57,759 nt of DNA, taken from the IMG/VR virus record IMGVR_UViG_3300046011_007876, positions 1 to 57,759 of that record. The stretch is one strand, 5' to 3'. Source of the DNA: a virus. Taxonomy: Duplodnaviria > Caudoviricetes. The position numbers and the translations under genes were made by a program. Below are positions 8,612-18,118 of the stretch, one piece after another. Every line of letters begins with the position of its first letter. Position 1 is the stretch's first letter. A model generated the notes under the pieces. The model was not told the origin of the DNA. It ran no database searches and saw only the letters and a list, made by a program, of their open reading frames with translations.

Positions 8612-8696
8612 AAGAAAGGGAACAAATTTGTTCCCTTAATTTGGGTCGACATTGAATGTCAACTCTCCACCACCTTGTTTTTATAGAACAAGGAAA
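8612..8696 (-). other. Intergenic triple-hairpin element (terminator plus possible structured RNA)
   Basis: Minus strand: CCTTGTT..AACAAGG, GTTGACATT..AATGTCGAC, AGGGAACAA..TTGTTCCCT followed by Ts. Confidence 0.5.
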
Positions 8697-8969
8697 CTAT
8701 TTTGTAACCAAAGCTTCAATCTTGGATCTAACCTGTTCTGTTAGAGTAATTTCTTTTGTGTTTGTTACAATAATACAGTTAACTAGTGTATTTGCCGGTA
8801 TGTTAATATAAAATGTTTCGTTATTAAAAAAAGATAAGTTTTCTTTAAGTTCAACACTTGCGTGGACCATTTTCAAAAATATTCTGAATTGTGTTTGGTC
8901 AACAAATGTTTCATTAAGTAATTCACCGTGAGTTTCGTGTATGATTCTTATGTTGTGTCCTATTTTCAT
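8697..8969 (-). CDS. Hypothetical protein
   Basis: ORF with TATATTTG (8974-8981) 4 nt upstream. Confidence 0.75.
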   Translation of the reverse strand: MKIGHNIRIIHETHGELLNETFVDQTQFRIFLKMVHASVELKENLSFFNNETFYINIPANTLVNCIIVTNTKEITLTEQVRSKIEALVTK

Positions 8970-9002
8970 AATACAAATATAGGTATTTTATTTTAATAAA
9001 AC

Positions 9003-9047
9003 AAAAAATCCCAAAAATTATTTTACTAATCTTTGGGATTGTTTTTT
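9003..9047. terminator. Intrinsic terminator-like hairpin
   Basis: AATCCCAAA...TTTGGGATT flanked by A and T runs. Confidence 0.6.
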
Positions 9048-9132
9048 CTTAACCAGCTAATAAGTTGAAAGGGTGGTTTTAAGTTTTTTTTGTGTACTAT
9101 AAATATATAGTAATTTACCAAAAATCAACTTT

Positions 9133-9549
9133 TTATAATATTTTTTCAATAATTTTTCTTAATTGGTCATTATTTTTATTTATTGGTAAGTCTTTTTTTG
9201 AAAAATACTCACATTTTGTATGTTCGTGACCATCTTTTGCTTTATCTAAATCCGGTTCCAATTCTTTATTTGATTTATGTAAAAATACAAACATAATACC
9301 TTTTTTTAATTTCATATCATTTTGATATATGTGTAATAAACCAACTAAATTTAAATTACCGGATAACTTTAAATTTGTTTCTTCTCTAAATTCTCTAAGT
9401 GCACCTTCTTTTGGGTCTTCACCTTTTTCTAAATGTCCAGATGGTACCGACCATTGATTTGGTAATGATTCTTTTGGTCCTCTTTTACACAATAGAACTT
9501 TGTCTTTATGTTTAACAATTATTCCACCATATCTTTTAAATTGACCCAT
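9133..9549 (-). CDS. NUDIX hydrolase
   Basis: Nudix box GHLEKGEDPKEGALREFREETNL. Confidence 0.92.
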   Translation of the reverse strand: MGQFKRYGGIIVKHKDKVLLCKRGPKESLPNQWSVPSGHLEKGEDPKEGALREFREETNLKLSGNLNLVGLLHIYQNDMKLKKGIMFVFLHKSNKELEPDLDKAKDGHEHTKCEYFSKKDLPINKNNDQLRKIIEKIL

Positions 9550-9555
9550 ATTACT

Positions 9556-9571
9556 ATATTTATATAAATAT
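9556..9571. promoter_or_regulatory. Palindromic bidirectional late-promoter-like element
   Basis: Perfect palindrome ATATTTATATAAATAT in the 20-bp gap between divergent genes, reaching the 9570 start codon. Confidence 0.55.
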
Positions 9572-9914
9572 GGAAGTAATTGTAAATAATAATTTATTTA
9601 ATGTTAAAGTTATGATGACCAGAAAAGACATTGAATCTGGTATGATGGGTAAAAAATTTAACCGTGACTTTAATGGTATGTTATTTATAATGGATGATAA
9701 ACCACATTCTTTTTGGATGAAGAATTGTATAATACCTCTTGATATAATCTTTATTAGAAACAATAAAATAATAAAAATTCATAAAGATTGTCCACCTTGT
9801 AAATCAGAAGACTGTGATAGATATGAAGGTGAAGGTGATATGGTTTTAGAAATAAATGGTGGTGACTGCGATAAATATGATATCGTTGAGGGTGATAAAA
9901 TCCTAATCGACTAA
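9570..9914 (+). CDS. DUF192 family protein
   Basis: GMM...GMLF...SFWMKNCIIPLDIIFI...VLEINGG. Confidence 0.88.
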   Translation: MEVIVNNNLFNVKVMMTRKDIESGMMGKKFNRDFNGMLFIMDDKPHSFWMKNCIIPLDIIFIRNNKIIKIHKDCPPCKSEDCDRYEGEGDMVLEINGGDCDKYDIVEGDKILID

Positions 9915-10145
9915 TTTATTTTCTAGGTTTTTAATGTGATGATCAAGATACCATTTAGCTTTTCTTAAATCCTCAAGTTCTTTATTTGGATCCTTTTTAC
10001 CGGCCCTTGAAATATACTTAACAGTATTACCTAATGAGAATCCCAAATCCCAAGCATCAATAACTTTTATTGCTTCATAAATATTTGTCTCTCCACCATA
10101 ATGATTTGGGTGATTTACTTGTTCTTTATTTTGTTTATCAAGCAT
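9903..10145 (-). CDS. DUF3310 family protein
   Basis: VNHPNHY...LGNTVKYISRAGKK...EDLRKAKWYL. Confidence 0.9.
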   Translation of the reverse strand: MLDKQNKEQVNHPNHYGGETNIYEAIKVIDAWDLGFSLGNTVKYISRAGKKDPNKELEDLRKAKWYLDHHIKNLENKLVD

Positions 10146-10920
10146 TTAAAATTTCTTTTTGTTTATAATAATTTTCTAAATTTTGTTTTTGGTTTACGTA
10201 AGCAATCAATTTTCTTTTGAACATCGGAAGTAAAGTTTCGTTTATTGGAAACTCACCTCTACTTATCATCTCAAAAACTGGTAATTTTGTTTTATTTTCA
10301 ACATTCCACTTGCTAAGATTATTTATTATTTTTGGTATTGTCAAATCATTTTTTTGTTCAGAGTAGATTAAATTTGTTAGTACAACATTTTCTGGTGAGC
10401 CCTTTGCTGCCGGTTTGTTTTCAAATTCCCAAACATATAATTTGTTTTCTTTTTTATCAAAGAAATAAAAATAACCTTTCGGTTCTAAAACATTTTTTTT
10501 ATTCTTTTTAACTTGTAAATGTACACTATCAAAAACAAGTTCCCATACTGATTTTGCAAAACCAAAGTATTCAAACATTCTTGGAGCCGAATATGTTAAA
10601 ATTTTTATAAATTCTTCATATTCATCTTTTGACATTTCCGGAACATCTTTGATTTTTAAATCTTTAACAAGTAATTCATCATCAACTGTTGTGAATTTTT
10701 TTGTGGTATATAAAAGTTTTTTATCTTTTACAAGTGTTTGAACATTTGCTAAATGTAATGATAGTTCAATAAATCCTGGATATAATTCCATATTATCCAG
10801 TCTCTCACCCATCTTTTGAAAATACGATAAAAGTTTGTATTCTTTGTGTTCTCTGTCAATTGGTTTCTCGAACATCCAATCGGTGTTCATTAAAAATTCT
10901 ATTTTCTTTTTTCTTGCCAT
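10138..10920 (-). CDS. Hypothetical protein
   Basis: 260-aa ORF. Confidence 0.8.
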   Translation of the reverse strand: MARKKKIEFLMNTDWMFEKPIDREHKEYKLLSYFQKMGERLDNMELYPGFIELSLHLANVQTLVKDKKLLYTTKKFTTVDDELLVKDLKIKDVPEMSKDEYEEFIKILTYSAPRMFEYFGFAKSVWELVFDSVHLQVKKNKKNVLEPKGYFYFFDKKENKLYVWEFENKPAAKGSPENVVLTNLIYSEQKNDLTIPKIINNLSKWNVENKTKLPVFEMISRGEFPINETLLPMFKRKLIAYVNQKQNLENYYKQKEILNA

Positions 10921-10958
10921 TTGACATAATAATAGTGATATAATATTACCTGTAAATA

Positions 10959-12443
10959 TTAATCGGTTCTCATTACAATATAATAGGTACCATTAATATT
11001 AATTTCGTCATAGTTTCCATCATACCCATTAAGTGCACTACCGTAATCCGAATCATTAATTAAACTTTCTAATAAATCATCTTTATCAATAAAATCTATC
11101 ATACCTCTAAAATCATAACCCAAATCTTCTAAAAATCCAAGTGGGTCTCTTCTTATACCATATAATCTATCTTCTACTTCGCTTTCAATTTGTTCTTCAT
11201 TTGGGTCACCGTCTGGTTCATCTTTTATATTTTGTATTTCCCACTCAATATCTGAAATTCTACTTTCACGGTCGTCTTCGTGGTCTTGTGTGTCTTCATC
11301 ATCATATATTTGATGTGGTGGTACTACTTGACCATCTTTATATAAAACCCAATTACTTTTATGTGGGTCAGTACTTGTATTTTTATATTGGAATCTATTA
11401 CCTTCTTCATCTTCAAAGTCAAAAACATTTCCGTCTTCTTTTGTTGCATTTAAAATTGGAAATCTAACACCTTCATTTTCATAAACCCACTTTTCCATTT
11501 CAAGTAACCAAATTTCTTCTTCTTGGTCTGAACTTAAATCTTTTTCAATCCCATTATTATCCGGGTCCTCTCTAACCCAATCATCAACCATACTCTCAAA
11601 TTCATCAGCAACTTTATCACCGTCAAGATGATATGAAATTGTATCACTATTAAGATATGTTACTGGGTCATCAACCCAATCTTGATAGTAATCTCTCATT
11701 GATTCATCAGCCTCACTTTCTGTTCCAACTGAAATTACAAAACCTTCACTTGCTGACATAAACGAATCTAACTCATAATGATCACCATATGGAATTAAAT
11801 CGTAAACATCAGTATATTCACCATCAAGTTCATCAACTCTTTCTTGAACTTCGTCAAACTCATTGGATAGTTCATCGTATCTTTCTTCATCTTCTTCTTG
11901 ATCCATTTGAGTTTCAAGTTCCGATAATTTTGTTTTTAATTCTCTTAATTCAATTTCTTCGTCTTCTGTTCTAGCTTTTAATAAACCTAAATTTACAGCG
12001 TATTCAAAAGCAGCGTTTGCCCTTTCACCTTCATCATCAGTATCATTTAAATTCCAAGCGTCTTCTTCTCTTCTTTTTTCAGCGTCAGCTAGTTCTTTTT
12101 GTCTTTTTCTTCTATCAAGTTCTTTTTCCCAAGGTGTACCCCAAAAACTAGGATATCCAGTAACTTCAACATTATCTAATGATTTAATATTTGTATGTGA
12201 AATATTTAAATTTCCCTCAATTCTAATTGGTCCTAAATCAGTAATTCTTTTATCACCACTTAAATCTAAATTACCAGTAACAACTAATTTCTTACCTCTA
12301 AATTTTGGTAATCTTAATAAACCGTGAGCTTGACCGGCAACTTTCATTAACAAGTCTTTATATTCTTGTGGAGTGATTCTTACTTCCTCCAATTGTTCAC
12401 GAATAACTTTTTTTAATAATGAAATTAGTTTCATATTTTTCAT
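10959..12443 (-). CDS. Acidic protein with short LRR-like repeats and coiled coil, probably head-packaged
   Basis: VTGNLDLS / IEGNLNIS / VEVTGY repeats; N-terminal KLISLLKKVIRE; TATTTAT upstream. Confidence 0.65.
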   Translation of the reverse strand: MKNMKLISLLKKVIREQLEEVRITPQEYKDLLMKVAGQAHGLLRLPKFRGKKLVVTGNLDLSGDKRITDLGPIRIEGNLNISHTNIKSLDNVEVTGYPSFWGTPWEKELDRRKRQKELADAEKRREEDAWNLNDTDDEGERANAAFEYAVNLGLLKARTEDEEIELRELKTKLSELETQMDQEEDEERYDELSNEFDEVQERVDELDGEYTDVYDLIPYGDHYELDSFMSASEGFVISVGTESEADESMRDYYQDWVDDPVTYLNSDTISYHLDGDKVADEFESMVDDWVREDPDNNGIEKDLSSDQEEEIWLLEMEKWVYENEGVRFPILNATKEDGNVFDFEDEEGNRFQYKNTSTDPHKSNWVLYKDGQVVPPHQIYDDEDTQDHEDDRESRISDIEWEIQNIKDEPDGDPNEEQIESEVEDRLYGIRRDPLGFLEDLGYDFRGMIDFIDKDDLLESLINDSDYGSALNGYDGNYDEININGTYYIVMRTD

Positions 12444-12526
12444 ACAATAATAAATACCAAAAACTTTACAAATATTATATTAATAAGATATTTATAATCA
12501 AATAAACATTCTAAAAACAAGTCAAG

Positions 12527-12664
12527 ATGGGTTGTGGATGCAAAAACAAAGGAAATCAACAAGCTGCGCAATCAGCACCAAGACCGGTTCAAGAACAACC
12601 AAAAAGCGCTACGGTTCAAGAATCAGTTAAAAAAATTGTTGAAAAGTATTATAATAAAAAATAA
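12527..12664 (+). CDS. 45-aa MGCGC-start small protein
   Basis: My translation: MGCGCKNKGNQQAAQSAPRPVQEQPKSATVQESVKKIVEKYYNKK. TATTTAT at 12489-12495 and a terminator right after. Confidence 0.7.
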   Translation: MGCGCKNKGNQQAAQSAPRPVQEQPKSATVQESVKKIVEKYYNKK

Positions 12665-12681
12665 TTTCCTTTGGCCAAAGA

Positions 12682-12718
12682 AAAAAATTAAGGTGGAATT
12701 AACTTTCCGCCTTTTTTT
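12682..12718 (+). terminator. Intrinsic terminator
   Basis: AAGGTGGAA..TTCCGCCTT followed by a T-run. Confidence 0.6.
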
Positions 12719-12731
12719 ATATTTATAAGAT

Positions 12732-13835
12732 ATGAAATTAAGTGAGTTTATTGAAGATTTCAATGAATCTGGTTTTACAGGGTCATTACAAAAAGTATTT
12801 GGTAAAATAAGAAATTTTTTAAATATTGTTGCAAAATATCAAAAACAAGATGATATTGACATCTCAATGTTTGATTATGATGATTTTAAAAATGATCAAG
12901 ATTTATTTGATTTTTTAGAAGAAAAAGGTTTTCTAGAAGATAGAAGATATGATGATTTCGATGATGTTGCAAAAAATTACTATTTAGAATACTGGATAAA
13001 TAATGCACCAGATGTTGCTTTAAAATATATTTGTGATAATCTTTTAACTGATGTTGAAATGAGATCTGATGGTTTTTGGTTATATTTAAGAGATAGAGAA
13101 GAATTAGCAGTTTTTTTTGATGATAGGGGTCGTGATGCAACAGCAAAAGATGTTGCAAAACACGTTTTTAGTGAAGATATGTGGGACCCATTTTGGGACA
13201 CAACTTCTGATGTATACCGTGATGTTATTGATGATTTAAATGGTGAAAATTTAAAACATTTAGGTAACTATATTTTAAAACATATTGGAAATCAAGAAAT
13301 GTCTTTGGATGATTATGGAGATGCACTCTTTCACCAATTCTCAGAAAAACAAAATACTGAAGGGGTTTTTAAAATAACAAGTGAAAATATTATGGACCTT
13401 ATAAAAGATGAATCGGCAATGGATGAACTTCTTAATGGTGATTTATCTGATTTAAAAAGTGAATTATATTCTCTACATAATAGTGCTTATAATAGAGCAT
13501 ATGAAGAAGAATGTTATGACCTTGTATATAGAGGTCTTGATGAATATTTTTCATCAAGAATTATGGATGAAGCAAAAAAAGTTGGTGAAAAAACAAAATA
13601 TTATTCATACATTAAAATAAGAGATTTTCAAAGTAACGTTATGGCCTTTATTGGTGAAAATAAAGGTGGTGGATATAATGAATCTATATTAGAATATTGG
13701 GGTAGTTATACCAGTATGATGGGACATCTATTTGATTATGACGTTTATTCAGAAATTGATTTTAGAATACCGCATTATGCTGATTGGGATTATGTTAGAA
13801 GAAACATTAACGATATGTTAAGTGATTATATCTAA
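12732..13835 (+). CDS. Acidic hypothetical protein
   Basis: 367-aa D/E/Y-rich ORF; TATTTAT at 12720-12726. Confidence 0.8.
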   Translation: MKLSEFIEDFNESGFTGSLQKVFGKIRNFLNIVAKYQKQDDIDISMFDYDDFKNDQDLFDFLEEKGFLEDRRYDDFDDVAKNYYLEYWINNAPDVALKYICDNLLTDVEMRSDGFWLYLRDREELAVFFDDRGRDATAKDVAKHVFSEDMWDPFWDTTSDVYRDVIDDLNGENLKHLGNYILKHIGNQEMSLDDYGDALFHQFSEKQNTEGVFKITSENIMDLIKDESAMDELLNGDLSDLKSELYSLHNSAYNRAYEEECYDLVYRGLDEYFSSRIMDEAKKVGEKTKYYSYIKIRDFQSNVMAFIGENKGGGYNESILEYWGSYTSMMGHLFDYDVYSEIDFRIPHYADWDYVRRNINDMLSDYI

Positions 13836-13885
13836 ACTATTTAACAATTCAATAAAAATTCATATCCATTATAAAAAAATGGTAT

Positions 13886-14581
13886 ATGAGAAAAATTAAT
13901 AAAAATTCCAGAAGAGGTATTGTAAACTTACTTGCCGATTTTATTCTTACAAGAATAGACAAAAAAGAAAACTCAATTATTCAGGTTACAGATTGTGAAA
14001 CATTCTTTGTTATAAATGGTCAAACCACAAGTGAAACTGTCCTTGATATTGAAAAGATTAAAACCGATTTTTCTGAATGGTTTGGTGATATCCTAAAAGA
14101 TGTTGGTATTGAAAAGCTAAATACAATTGATGTTATCCGGTATGGTCAGGAAATAAATAACATTGAGAAAGGTTGGATTAGTGTAAACAAAGAAGTTTTT
14201 GTTGAGGAGCCTGAACCAATTTATGAACTGGCAATAACATCAGAATTTCCTTATGGTTACAGTCTTAATTGTGGTCGTCTGATGACTTACTACTCACACT
14301 ATATTTTTAATCATATGTATAGTCTTATGGGTACTGATGAGGTTAAATTTTATTTCACAAAAGAGGAAGATGAGGGTGAGGATTTAAAAATAAAAATTGT
14401 TTCCAATTCTAGGTATAACAAAGATATTGTTAAGTCTTTGGTTCTTGACGTATTTTCCTTTGATTTAACAGAGTTTAATGAATATGTTAAGGATTATGAT
14501 ATTATGCAAGATATTCTCTTTCCAGGAAAAGAAAAACCATATCTAAAACAAGATAAGTTAAAACACATAATAGTATTTTAA
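13886..14581 (+). CDS. Hypothetical protein, degenerate SAM-synthetase (MetK)-like N-terminal region
   Basis: VNLLADFIL...DCETFFVINGQTTS..LDIEKI and PYGYS resemble MetK; the GHPDK motif is absent. Confidence 0.45.
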   Translation: MRKINKNSRRGIVNLLADFILTRIDKKENSIIQVTDCETFFVINGQTTSETVLDIEKIKTDFSEWFGDILKDVGIEKLNTIDVIRYGQEINNIEKGWISVNKEVFVEEPEPIYELAITSEFPYGYSLNCGRLMTYYSHYIFNHMYSLMGTDEVKFYFTKEEDEGEDLKIKIVSNSRYNKDIVKSLVLDVFSFDLTEFNEYVKDYDIMQDILFPGKEKPYLKQDKLKHIIVF

Positions 14582-14612
14582 AAAAAATCCCCACCTTTTG
14601 AGTGGGGTTTTT
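14581..14612. terminator. Bidirectional intrinsic terminator
   Basis: A-run CCCCAC ctttt ga GTGGGG T-run between convergent genes. Confidence 0.75.
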
Positions 14613-14615
14613 AAA

Positions 14616-14864
14616 TTATCTTTGCCAATTTTTTCTAACATCATCATGACTTATAGAACCAATACCTTTTCTTTTTCTATACGCTTGAGCTTCAAAATTT
14701 TTAGTAATGTTTTTAAGAACTTCAGTAATTTTTGCTGGATCCATATCAGAATAATCATCATCAATTAAATTGTTAATATCAGAATAAAGACTTTCTTCTT
14801 CTTTATTTTCGTTAATTATTATTTTAACAATATTATTTAATTGTGTTTCATTAATCCTTTTCAT
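14616..14864 (-). CDS. Small hypothetical protein, probably head-packaged
   Basis: MKRINETQLNNIVKIIINE leader; TATTTAT upstream. Confidence 0.7.
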   Translation of the reverse strand: MKRINETQLNNIVKIIINENKEEESLYSDINNLIDDDYSDMDPAKITEVLKNITKNFEAQAYRKRKGIGSISHDDVRKNWQR

Positions 14865-14885
14865 AATTTTTTATTTATAAATATC

Positions 14886-15173
14886 TTAATCATGTAAAAA
14901 AGATTTTATAATTTTAAAACCTTCATTAATATCTTCAAAATCTCGATCTGGCGCAAATAACTCTGTTAATGGTTCTTCTGAATCTGGAGATTCAATTAAC
15001 ATAAATGCCGGTACATAATCGTTACCGGTTATATTAACAAACATATCATATTCCTCTGAATGTTCATCAATATCACGATCAACATATTCAATACCTGCTT
15101 TATCTAAATTTTCTTTTAACATATGACAGAACGGACAGCTCTTCATTGTAAATAATATAACTACCTTATCCAT
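14886..15173 (-). CDS. Glutaredoxin/NrdH-like protein
   Basis: CPFC active site; YVP cis-Pro motif. Confidence 0.88.
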   Translation of the reverse strand: MDKVVILFTMKSCPFCHMLKENLDKAGIEYVDRDIDEHSEEYDMFVNITGNDYVPAFMLIESPDSEEPLTELFAPDRDFEDINEGFKIIKSFLHD

Positions 15174-15480
15174 TTATTAATTCTTTTACTAAATTATTTA
15201 TTTGTCCTTCAGATAAAACACCAACTATTGTTTCAACAACTTGTCCGGTGTTAAACGTTTTTATTGTTGGGATGCTTCTAATCCCAAGACTCATTGCGAC
15301 TTCTTTATTTAAATCAATATCCATTGTATACATTTGTACTTCACTGGTGTTTTCACTTGAAACTTTTTCAAAAATAGGTTTCATCATTCTACAAGGTCCA
15401 CACCAAGGAGCCCAAAATTCAACAATAACTTTTTCACCACTATTAATTTTTTGTTGTAAATCTACACTACTAATTTCCAT
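15166..15480 (-). CDS. trxA: Thioredoxin
   Basis: FWAPWCGPC, GIRSIPT. Confidence 0.95.
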   Translation of the reverse strand: MEISSVDLQQKINSGEKVIVEFWAPWCGPCRMMKPIFEKVSSENTSEVQMYTMDIDLNKEVAMSLGIRSIPTIKTFNTGQVVETIVGVLSEGQINNLVKELING

Positions 15481-15832
15481 TTTTTTCTTTTAATTTATTT
15501 AGGTTGTTTATGAAGAAACGAACTTCGTTTAATTTTTCAGAATCAAAATAAACTGTTATCTGATAATTAAGTTCACTACCACTCGTTCTTGATAAATATA
15601 AATAGAGTTGTGACTTATTTTCAAATACAGCATCATAATATATTAATGAATTATTAACTTCATTAATTTTAGCATATTCTAATCTAAAATTTTTTTCTAA
15701 TAAAATTTCAGGAGTAATTTTTAATGGTGTATTTAGTCTTATTTTAGAAAATATCTTACCATATTTTTCATAAAATAATTTTAACAATTCTTCTTCCTTT
15801 TCAAAATATTGTTTTTTTACTATTTCTTCCAT
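15470..15832 (-). CDS. Hypothetical protein
   Basis: ORF overlapping the thioredoxin start. Confidence 0.7.
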   Translation of the reverse strand: MEEIVKKQYFEKEEELLKLFYEKYGKIFSKIRLNTPLKITPEILLEKNFRLEYAKINEVNNSLIYYDAVFENKSQLYLYLSRTSGSELNYQITVYFDSEKLNEVRFFINNLNKLKEKNGN

Positions 15833-15843
15833 TTAATAAAAAT

Positions 15844-15872
15844 AAAAAAAGTGGTGAAAAAGTCACCACTTT
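15844..15872 (-). terminator. Intrinsic terminator
   Basis: AAAGTGGTGA aaaag TCACCACTTT hairpin with a T-run on the minus strand. Confidence 0.65.
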
Positions 15873-15873
15873 A

Positions 15874-16155
15874 TTAGTTTAATATTATATCACCAAATTT
15901 TGTTTTATGAATAATTTTATCTATGTTTTTATTTTTTATATCTGGAATTTTTAATTCTACAACAATATTAACAATTTGTTCTCTACTTAAAATTATATCT
16001 TTACCTTCATCAAAATTTTTTTCTGACTGTTGTTTTAACTTTTCGTAAAACTCATTTTTTTGTAAATCACCTATTAAACTAATTAAATCGTTTGGGTTGT
16101 TCTCAAAAAAACTAATCAGGTTTGAAATATAAATCTCAATGTCAATATTTTTCAT
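15874..16155 (-). CDS. Hypothetical protein
   Basis: 93-aa ORF. Confidence 0.7.
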   Translation of the reverse strand: MKNIDIEIYISNLISFFENNPNDLISLIGDLQKNEFYEKLKQQSEKNFDEGKDIILSREQIVNIVVELKIPDIKNKNIDKIIHKTKFGDIILN

Positions 16156-16162
16156 TTTATTA

Positions 16163-18118
16163 TTATATGTTTCTACAATGTGTTTTCATTTCTGGTGGAA
16201 AATTTAATTCGTAAATATTGTCTTCAGTTGGTCTAATATATTTTAAAAGTTCTGGTGGTAAATTATTAGGGTCAACACCTGAGCCTTCAACACTAAGAAA
16301 ATCAAGACATGTTAAATTACCAACACTTTTAGGAAGTGTAGTTAATTTTTTATTTTGTGTCAAATTTAAAAATGTTAATTGTCTACAATTACCAATTGAG
16401 TCTGGAAGACTATCAATTATACCTTCACAAACCAAAACTTCTAAATCAGTAAAGTTTCCAATAGTTTCTGGTATTTTTAATGTTATATCGTCTTTGGATT
16501 TATTTTCAATTTGTAAAAATGTCATATTTTGTGGAAAAATTTCAAATAATCTTTCAAGACCAAACATTCTCGCAAATTTACCGTTTGCATCATCAGGATA
16601 ATCAATTGTAACTAATGATGGGTCAAAATTCTGATCAAGTTCATTTTCATATTTAATTCTCAATTGTCTCAAGTAAGGTCTCATTTCTTTACTTAAAACA
16701 ACTTCTATGTCATTTTCATTTAATTCTCTTAAAGATTTTACTAATAACTTTTCTTTCTTTTTAGAAACATAGTAAGACATAGCACTTGGTCCTAAAACTC
16801 TAACCATCGCACCACTTAATTCACTTCCTAAGCCAATATATTTTTTTTGTAATTCTTCTGGTAAATTTGCAAATGTTTCAGCACCATTTGTCATACTTTT
16901 AAAATCCGGACCTCTTAACTCCATCCATAACTCAACTTCTTCAAGACCACCAAGTTCTTGGATAGGGTTAGTTGTTTTAAGATTATAATGTTTATATCTA
17001 TTTAATTTATCCTGATCTTCTTGTGTATATGGTTTTGGTTCAAAATAACCTTCTTTACCTTGTAAAACAGGAATTTTACTTAATATTTCTTTCCAAGGAA
17101 TTACAGTACCACCACTAAATCTTCCGGAGTTAGAACCATCTGCCAATCTTTTTTCACCATATTTATCAACTAATATTACTGAAGCGTAATTTAAATCAGA
17201 AGTTGGTAAGTTTTTATTTATTACGTAATACAATGTTAAATTTTGATTTAATCGGTAATTGTAATAGTAATTTGAGGCACCTTCCCAGGATGTACACCAT
17301 CTTCTATCTGGTGCATATTTTTTTCTAATATTAATACATTTATGTTTTTGATCCGGAGCAAAGATTAATACATCATCATCCTCATATTTAATCTCAACAT
17401 CACTCGTATCAATTTGAGGTAATGAATATTCATCCTCACCCATTTTTGTGTACCCATCAACTAAATGTTCAAATTGTTCAAAATTCATATAAGCCACAAG
17501 TTTTGATCTTAAAGGAATTGAATCATATTGTGCAACGTATCTTTGTGCTCTGGGTAAAATAGTGGTAAGTGGATCTTCATTTGGTACTTCTTTATGAAAT
17601 TTTTCAGTAATTGCAACAACTAATTCATTATTACCATTTCTGTCAAATCTACTAAAATATGGTATTACAAGTTCGTTTAATTCTGTTGGTGTATAAGATA
17701 AGATATCTTTTGAGAAGGCCTTAGACTTCTTAACTAACGTTTTAATTTCAAAGAATTTTTTAATGTTAATTTTAATTAACTGAAGGTCTACATTAATTTT
17801 ACCTCTATACTTGTTTATGAAGTCTTGAGCATAATCATCAAGATTTTTTCTTGTCTGTTGACTTGTTTCTTTATCTTTAATTAATTCTTTAACTTTTTGA
17901 TATGAATGTCTAAAAATATCTTTATCTTCATTAGCAAACGCACTTTTAAATCTTTCAAAGTCTGCAATTGTTTTTCTTATATTTTCTTCAGTTTCTTCAG
18001 TTTCTTTTGAAAATTTATCTATTAATTTTTTTACTGTTGATTCCGGATATTCTAATAATATTTTTTTTGTTTGTAAATTTTCTTTTACAACTTTTGATAG
18101 TAATCCTAATAACTCCAT
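16163..18118 (-). CDS. WCT-motif (PcfJ-like) domain protein with C-terminal leucine-rich repeats
   Basis: YEDDDVLIFAP...RRWCTSW; IPETIGNFTDLEVL, LPDSIGNCRQLTFLNL, LPKSVGNLTCLDFLSV. Confidence 0.75.
   Translation of the reverse strand: MELLGLLSKVVKENLQTKKILLEYPESTVKKLIDKFSKETEETEENIRKTIADFERFKSAFANEDKDIFRHSYQKVKELIKDKETSQQTRKNLDDYAQDFINKYRGKINVDLQLIKINIKKFFEIKTLVKKSKAFSKDILSYTPTELNELVIPYFSRFDRNGNNELVVAITEKFHKEVPNEDPLTTILPRAQRYVAQYDSIPLRSKLVAYMNFEQFEHLVDGYTKMGEDEYSLPQIDTSDVEIKYEDDDVLIFAPDQKHKCINIRKKYAPDRRWCTSWEGASNYYYNYRLNQNLTLYYVINKNLPTSDLNYASVILVDKYGEKRLADGSNSGRFSGGTVIPWKEILSKIPVLQGKEGYFEPKPYTQEDQDKLNRYKHYNLKTTNPIQELGGLEEVELWMELRGPDFKSMTNGAETFANLPEELQKKYIGLGSELSGAMVRVLGPSAMSYYVSKKKEKLLVKSLRELNENDIEVVLSKEMRPYLRQLRIKYENELDQNFDPSLVTIDYPDDANGKFARMFGLERLFEIFPQNMTFLQIENKSKDDITLKIPETIGNFTDLEVLVCEGIIDSLPDSIGNCRQLTFLNLTQNKKLTTLPKSVGNLTCLDFLSVEGSGVDPNNLPPELLKYIRPTEDNIYELNFPPEMKTHCRNI

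Noticed and set aside
12534-12728. 64-aa ORF from the track
   Set aside because: Runs through the terminator; the overlapping frame 12527-12664 fits the promoter and terminator better.
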